Shown here in pieces: positions 59,719 to 64,000 of a stretch of 64,000 bases of DNA; within the stretch, counting starts at the first letter, position 1, and each line of letters begins with the position of its first letter. The position numbers and the translations under genes were made by a program. The stretch spans positions 3,040,001-3,104,000 of the forward strand of contig OY760175.1 of assembly GCA_963663165.1 (NCBI GenBank), written 5' to 3'. The DNA comes from an uncultured Desulfospira sp. (lineage in GTDB: Bacteria > Desulfobacterota > Desulfobacteria > Desulfobacterales > Desulfobacteraceae). The notes under the pieces were generated by a model that was not told the origin of the DNA, did no database searches, and saw nothing but the letters and a program-made list of their open reading frames with translations.

Positions 59719-59721
59719 TTT

Positions 59722-60732
59722 TTAAATATCCCAGCCGCTTCCGGCTTTACGCAGCAAATAAACAAACAAAGGCGCGCCCAGAAAAGTGGTTAAAATACCC
59801 ACCGGTATTTCAACCGGTGCTGCCGTGCGGCAGATATTGTCCACGATCACCAGGAAAACCCCGCCAAACGCAAAGCACGCAGGCACGGCCATCCGATTAT
59901 CCGGCCCCAGCACCATGCGGACAAGATGGGGAACCACGAGTCCCATAAACCCAATGACGCCGGCTACGGCTACGGACGCGGAAGTCGCCAGAACCGCGGG
60001 AATTAAAATAAGCATCTTTTCCCGTTCCGGATCTACCCCCGTTGCCCTGGCCTCCTCATCTCCCATGGCCAGAATGTTCATCCGCCAGGCAAATATCAGC
60101 AGAAATCCCCCCGCAACACAGATCAAAGGGCCGGCAGAAATTATTTTTGACCAGCTAGCCGTATGCAGGTTTCCCATTGTCCAATGAACAATGGCCTGCA
60201 AATGGTTGGCATCCACCAGAAACTGGATAAGTGCCAGAAGAGACGAAAACACGCTGGAAATAATCACGCCGGAAAGCACAAGTGAAGTAGTTGATATGGA
60301 CCGTCCGGTTCGGGCAAACAGATAACTTAATCCCGCTGCCAGAATTCCAAAGGAAAAGGCCGCAAGCTGAATGGGCATCCAGGGCACAATAATGGCCAAA
60401 GCGGCACCAAAAGCCGCGCCTGAGCTAACCCCTAGGACAAAAGGGGACACCAGCGGATTGCGGAACAACGCCTGCATGGCATTACCGGAAATGGACAGGG
60501 CCGACCCCACCAGAAAAGTTAACAGAATTCTGGGCATCCGGACATCCCCCACGATCGCCTGGACAAGGCCTGCCATATCATCGCTGGTGCCGGCATCCTC
60601 CATAAAACCGCCCATAAGAAAGGCCAGCACCTGTCTGCTGGTAATCACATCGGATGGCCCAATACAGAGCGACACCAGAAGGACCGGCAACGGAAGCCCG
60701 AAAATAATCCAGTAGTAATATCTCCGGCTCAT
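59722..60732 (-). CDS. FecCD/BtuC-family ABC permease
   Basis: RMPRIL, QALFRNPLVSP..LGVSSGA, GVIGFMGLVVPH, EIPVGILT..GAP. Confidence 0.95.
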   Translation of the reverse strand: MSRRYYYWIIFGLPLPVLLVSLCIGPSDVITSRQVLAFLMGGFMEDAGTSDDMAGLVQAIVGDVRMPRILLTFLVGSALSISGNAMQALFRNPLVSPFVLGVSSGAAFGAALAIIVPWMPIQLAAFSFGILAAGLSYLFARTGRSISTTSLVLSGVIISSVFSSLLALIQFLVDANHLQAIVHWTMGNLHTASWSKIISAGPLICVAGGFLLIFAWRMNILAMGDEEARATGVDPEREKMLILIPAVLATSASVAVAGVIGFMGLVVPHLVRMVLGPDNRMAVPACFAFGGVFLVIVDNICRTAAPVEIPVGILTTFLGAPLFVYLLRKAGSGWDI

Positions 60733-61796
60733 TTGTGAGATCCTGCCGAAGACAGTCTTTCGGTAATCAAATGATTGGGAATTTTGCCGCAGTATAACGT
60801 ATCAAAAAGGTCCCGGGCCTCTTTTGCGGCACTCATTTTACCGAAGACTTCAGGGTGGCACCATCCGGCAATAAGCCTGAGGGCCAGCTGAAAGTTCAGG
60901 GTACAAAGATCAAAGGGGAAAAGATCCGGAATTTCGTATATATTCTGGTTGGCAACGGCAGAAAGCCTTTTCCAGGCACGTTTTTGACTGATATCTGAAG
61001 GGTCCAGGATGGTGTTGTACCACATAACAATAACATCCGGGTTGGTTTCAAGAAGGTACTCCATGCTGATGACGGCATGTTCCTGGGCAATATGGCCGCA
61101 GATGTTGCGGGCACCGGACATATCAAGCAATTCCTGTACAATACTTGGGTTGCCGCCGGAATCCAGCTCCCCCTTGGCCCACATAAAGTAGGCGTCAGGC
61201 GTTTGGACCTTTGAACTGGCGGCAATCTTTTGCCCGATATCCTGAATCCTTGCTTTGGTGTAATTCACGAGCTCGAGAGCCCGTTGGCTTTTACCAGTCA
61301 TGACCCCCAGGGCCATAACCTCTTTATAAATATCTTCCACACTATCAATAAAAACACCAAATACCGGAATATCTTGTTCCTCAAGGGCTGAAATGGTGTC
61401 TTTACCAAGAGACCAGACAATGACCACTTCAGGTTTTAGCACAAGGATTCGTTCAAGGCTGCCCGCCATTGAACTGCTCACGGCCGGCAGGGTCCGCTCC
61501 CTTATCCTTTTGTCCATGGCCGCATAATATGAGACAGAGCTTCCGGTATATGCGCCGGATGAGACACCCACCACTTTTTCCTGGGCACCCAGCATGTACA
61601 GGCCGGTGAGCGCACTGTTCAGAATACAAACAATACGGCTTACCGGCTTTTTAAAGACAAGCTGTTTTCCCCTGAAATCTTCTACTACCACGGTTTGACT
61701 GTTTTGTTTGCCATCTGTGGCAAAGGCAATGCAAGGGCCAATGCCGTACGCTGCAAAAAAAACCGTCAGTATCCACCACTTCAGGAGAATCTTCAT
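60729..61796 (-). CDS. ABC transporter substrate-binding protein (Peripla_BP_2/BtuF-like)
   Basis: Signal peptide; EDFRGKQL..RIVC, ERILVLKPEVV, NPDVIV, AVANQNIY. Confidence 0.9.
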   Translation of the reverse strand: MKILLKWWILTVFFAAYGIGPCIAFATDGKQNSQTVVVEDFRGKQLVFKKPVSRIVCILNSALTGLYMLGAQEKVVGVSSGAYTGSSVSYYAAMDKRIRERTLPAVSSSMAGSLERILVLKPEVVIVWSLGKDTISALEEQDIPVFGVFIDSVEDIYKEVMALGVMTGKSQRALELVNYTKARIQDIGQKIAASSKVQTPDAYFMWAKGELDSGGNPSIVQELLDMSGARNICGHIAQEHAVISMEYLLETNPDVIVMWYNTILDPSDISQKRAWKRLSAVANQNIYEIPDLFPFDLCTLNFQLALRLIAGWCHPEVFGKMSAAKEARDLFDTLYCGKIPNHLITERLSSAGSHK

Positions 61797-61844
61797 TGTT
61801 TTTTCTCTTTTCTTTTTGCCGTAACCCTTTTTTGCTCTGGCATA

Positions 61845-62609
61845 TTAGACATGATCCACAAGGAACCGGCAGATTTTGTCCATCTCCGGAGGCTGAAAAT
61901 TCAGGGGCCGTCCTTCAAGGGAAGCGGTAAAAATGGATTTATGCTCGGGTATTTTGCCGATCACATATTTGGAATCAACACATTTCGACATAGCGGCTTC
62001 AGCTTCCTTAGTTGCCTTATTAAGAACAAACCATACCGGTTTATTCGCCTCCCTGCCCATATCCACCATCGTTGCCGCCATTTTAAACGATTCAAAAGTA
62101 GGATCAACCACGGCAAGAATCACATCGCATTCACCTTCAAGCCCTCTTCCAAAATGTTCGATCCCGGCTTCAGTATCCACAACCACCACCTCTTTGTCTT
62201 TTGTGACAAGGTTGCCAAGAAGCATTTTTGAAAGCGCGCCTATGGGGCATGCGCACCCTTCGGCAAAGGAGTGAATTTTTCCGACCAGCATGAGTTGGAC
62301 CCCATCCACTTGTGCCGTAAACCCTTCAGGAATATTGTCAAAATCCCATTTGCCGCCAAAAGGACTGTTTTCCTTTCCTTCCGGCTGTTCCCTGAAAGCC
62401 TTCATCTTTTGCTGAAATCCTTTTTTCCCGCCCAGTTGAGTCATTATATTTTCCGGCATGGGAAGGCCCACAAGCCGATGCAGCCCAAAGTTGGACTCAT
62501 CAGCATCTACCAGCAGTATCCTGTATCCCATATTTTTCAGGCCTGCAGCGAGCATTGCCGTCATACTGCTCTTGCCGCAGCCCCCTTTACCGCAAATCGA
62601 TATTTTCAT
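61845..62609 (-). CDS. CooC/AcsF-like nickel-insertion ATPase
   Basis: KISICGKGGCGKS, DADESN, EGCACP (Ni-binding CxC), DTEAGIEHFGRG; GGAGG RBS. Confidence 0.88.
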   Translation of the reverse strand: MKISICGKGGCGKSSMTAMLAAGLKNMGYRILLVDADESNFGLHRLVGLPMPENIMTQLGGKKGFQQKMKAFREQPEGKENSPFGGKWDFDNIPEGFTAQVDGVQLMLVGKIHSFAEGCACPIGALSKMLLGNLVTKDKEVVVVDTEAGIEHFGRGLEGECDVILAVVDPTFESFKMAATMVDMGREANKPVWFVLNKATKEAEAAMSKCVDSKYVIGKIPEHKSIFTASLEGRPLNFQPPEMDKICRFLVDHV

Positions 62610-62756
62610 CATCATCCTCCCGGCCCTGTAAGAAGCCGAACTCGTTTGGCCAATATTTGAGCGGCTCAATTAGATCCGCTCAAACATGGGTTTTTGATCA
62701 GACAAGCCATGCTTAAATTTTACCAAAGCAAAGCGTGAATAGTTTAAATGGAAGGG

Positions 62757-64000
62757 CTAAAATGTAAATTTCAAGCCGCCAAATACTGTAAATCCGGGGT
62801 CCTGGTAGTAATATATGGTCTTGTAATGATTATTTCCGATATTGTCCAAATCGAAAAACATGTCGACGCGGCAAGCCGGTTTATCAACCAGGCATTTTTC
62901 CAGCTTCATGCTCAGCACTTCATACCCGTCCAGCTTGACTCTGCTGGCCTTATTCGTACTGTTCCATACCGGCCCGACCACCCGCAGCCAGGCCGACGCC
63001 TTGATCTCGTACGGCAGCATGAAAAAGGCCCCGATATTGCCCATAATCTCCGGGTATCCTGACAACTCCACATCGTTGTAGTTCTCATCGACCTTGTTTT
63101 CCAAATTAGTTTGAGTATAGGTGAAATTGGCAAACGCGCTTAACCGGTTGTTCACTTTCGTACTCAAGGACATCTCAAGCCCGTATGACTCACATTTCCC
63201 TGCATTAATCCTCTGGCTCTGATTCACATCTTCATGTACGGTATTTGAAACGACAGCATCGTCGACCAGGTTCAAAAAACCTCTCATGCCGAAATTCAGC
63301 TTTTTCGTGGCCTCATAGTCAAACCCCAAATCATAGGCAAAACCCTTTTCAGGTTCCAGGTCAAGATTGGGTAGCGTCCCGCCGTATCCAACTCTTCCTT
63401 CATCAGAGGCCCGGATCGTTCCACCGATATATTTAGCAGCAGGAACCAGAAAACTGGTCCCGGCATTTGTATAGATGGAGAAACCATTTCCCATTTTATA
63501 CCGTAAGCCAGCACTCCAGACAAAACTATTCCAGTTTTGCTCGTCTTCTTCCGGCACAAATCCTCCAAGCAAATGATATTTATGCTGGGTGTAGTTATAT
63601 CGTCCGCCAACACGTAAAATCCAGCTGCCTATTTCATATTCTTCCTGCAGATAAATCCCGAATTGGTAGGCCTGGGCATCATTGATCAAATCCGATGATG
63701 ACTCTCCGTTAAACCATTGGTAATCTGCGAACTGAAAATCCGTCCCCACTGTCAGCAAACCGCCTCCGGAATGAGGAATAGTAAGACTGAGATCCCCGGG
63801 TATAATCTCCTGATCCACCCCGCTGATCCCCCGTGAATCCAGGTTTGTGGGATAATTGTCCTCTCCGAAATTCCGGTCGTAAAACAGATACCCCAATTGA
63901 AACCGGGCAGAGCCCCAGTCACCGACCGGGGTCTGGTATTTGGCATGGGTGGTCAGATAATTATGGTCAAGCTCCCGGTTGGGCCGCCCCATGTCCCCAT
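62757..64000 (-). CDS. TonB-dependent receptor, C-terminal part (5' end beyond the window)
   Basis: Beta-barrel strands, NLDLEPEK, NAGK..SYGLE, DNIGNNHY, terminal Phe. Confidence 0.9.
   Translation of the reverse strand, partial: GDMGRPNRELDHNYLTTHAKYQTPVGDWGSARFQLGYLFYDRNFGEDNYPTNLDSRGISGVDQEIIPGDLSLTIPHSGGGLLTVGTDFQFADYQWFNGESSSDLINDAQAYQFGIYLQEEYEIGSWILRVGGRYNYTQHKYHLLGGFVPEEDEQNWNSFVWSAGLRYKMGNGFSIYTNAGTSFLVPAAKYIGGTIRASDEGRVGYGGTLPNLDLEPEKGFAYDLGFDYEATKKLNFGMRGFLNLVDDAVVSNTVHEDVNQSQRINAGKCESYGLEMSLSTKVNNRLSAFANFTYTQTNLENKVDENYNDVELSGYPEIMGNIGAFFMLPYEIKASAWLRVVGPVWNSTNKASRVKLDGYEVLSMKLEKCLVDKPACRVDMFFDLDNIGNNHYKTIYYYQDPGFTVFGGLKFTF

Noticed and set aside
1..64000. tRNA, rRNA, transposase, integrase, prophage or defence genes
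   Set aside because: No cloverleaf, rRNA-like segment or corresponding protein motifs recognised

Overview
Bacterial chromosomal window, most likely from a sulfate-reducing deltaproteobacterium of the Desulfobacteraceae type. This is inferred from the DsrP-like protein, the periplasmic Desulfovibrio-type [FeFe] hydrogenase, and the CooT, CooC and DUF3842 genes. Housekeeping content includes hisD-hisS-aspS, minCDE, aroF-aroB, tsaA and pspF/pspABC. There is also a signalling block with two HD-GYP proteins, a large hybrid kinase and a FecR-OmpA-CHASE2 triad, plus a partly broken ECF/anti-sigma/RND efflux operon. Main points of interest: (1) a Tat-exported [FeFe] hydrogenase (hydAB) lies in a roughly 13 kb co-oriented cluster of metal-uptake and nickel-handling genes (two TonB receptors, an ABC transporter, CooC, CooT, a degenerate [NiFe]-type maturation protease), with no hydEFG in view; (2) an unannotated, probably leaderless 29-aa Phe/Tyr/Trp-rich leader peptide with a terminator sits ahead of aroF-aroB; (3) a roughly 90-nt two-hairpin repeat forms an array before an orphan dsrP, with a fifth copy in the hydrogenase leader; (4) an ECF-sigma/TolC-family in-frame fusion and two Trp-position TGA codons occur in one operon; (5) many 7-bp tandem arrays are present, often directly before ribosome-binding sites. 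No rRNA, tRNA, CRISPR array or intact transposase was recognised. All family calls come from motif recognition by eye; no database searches were run.
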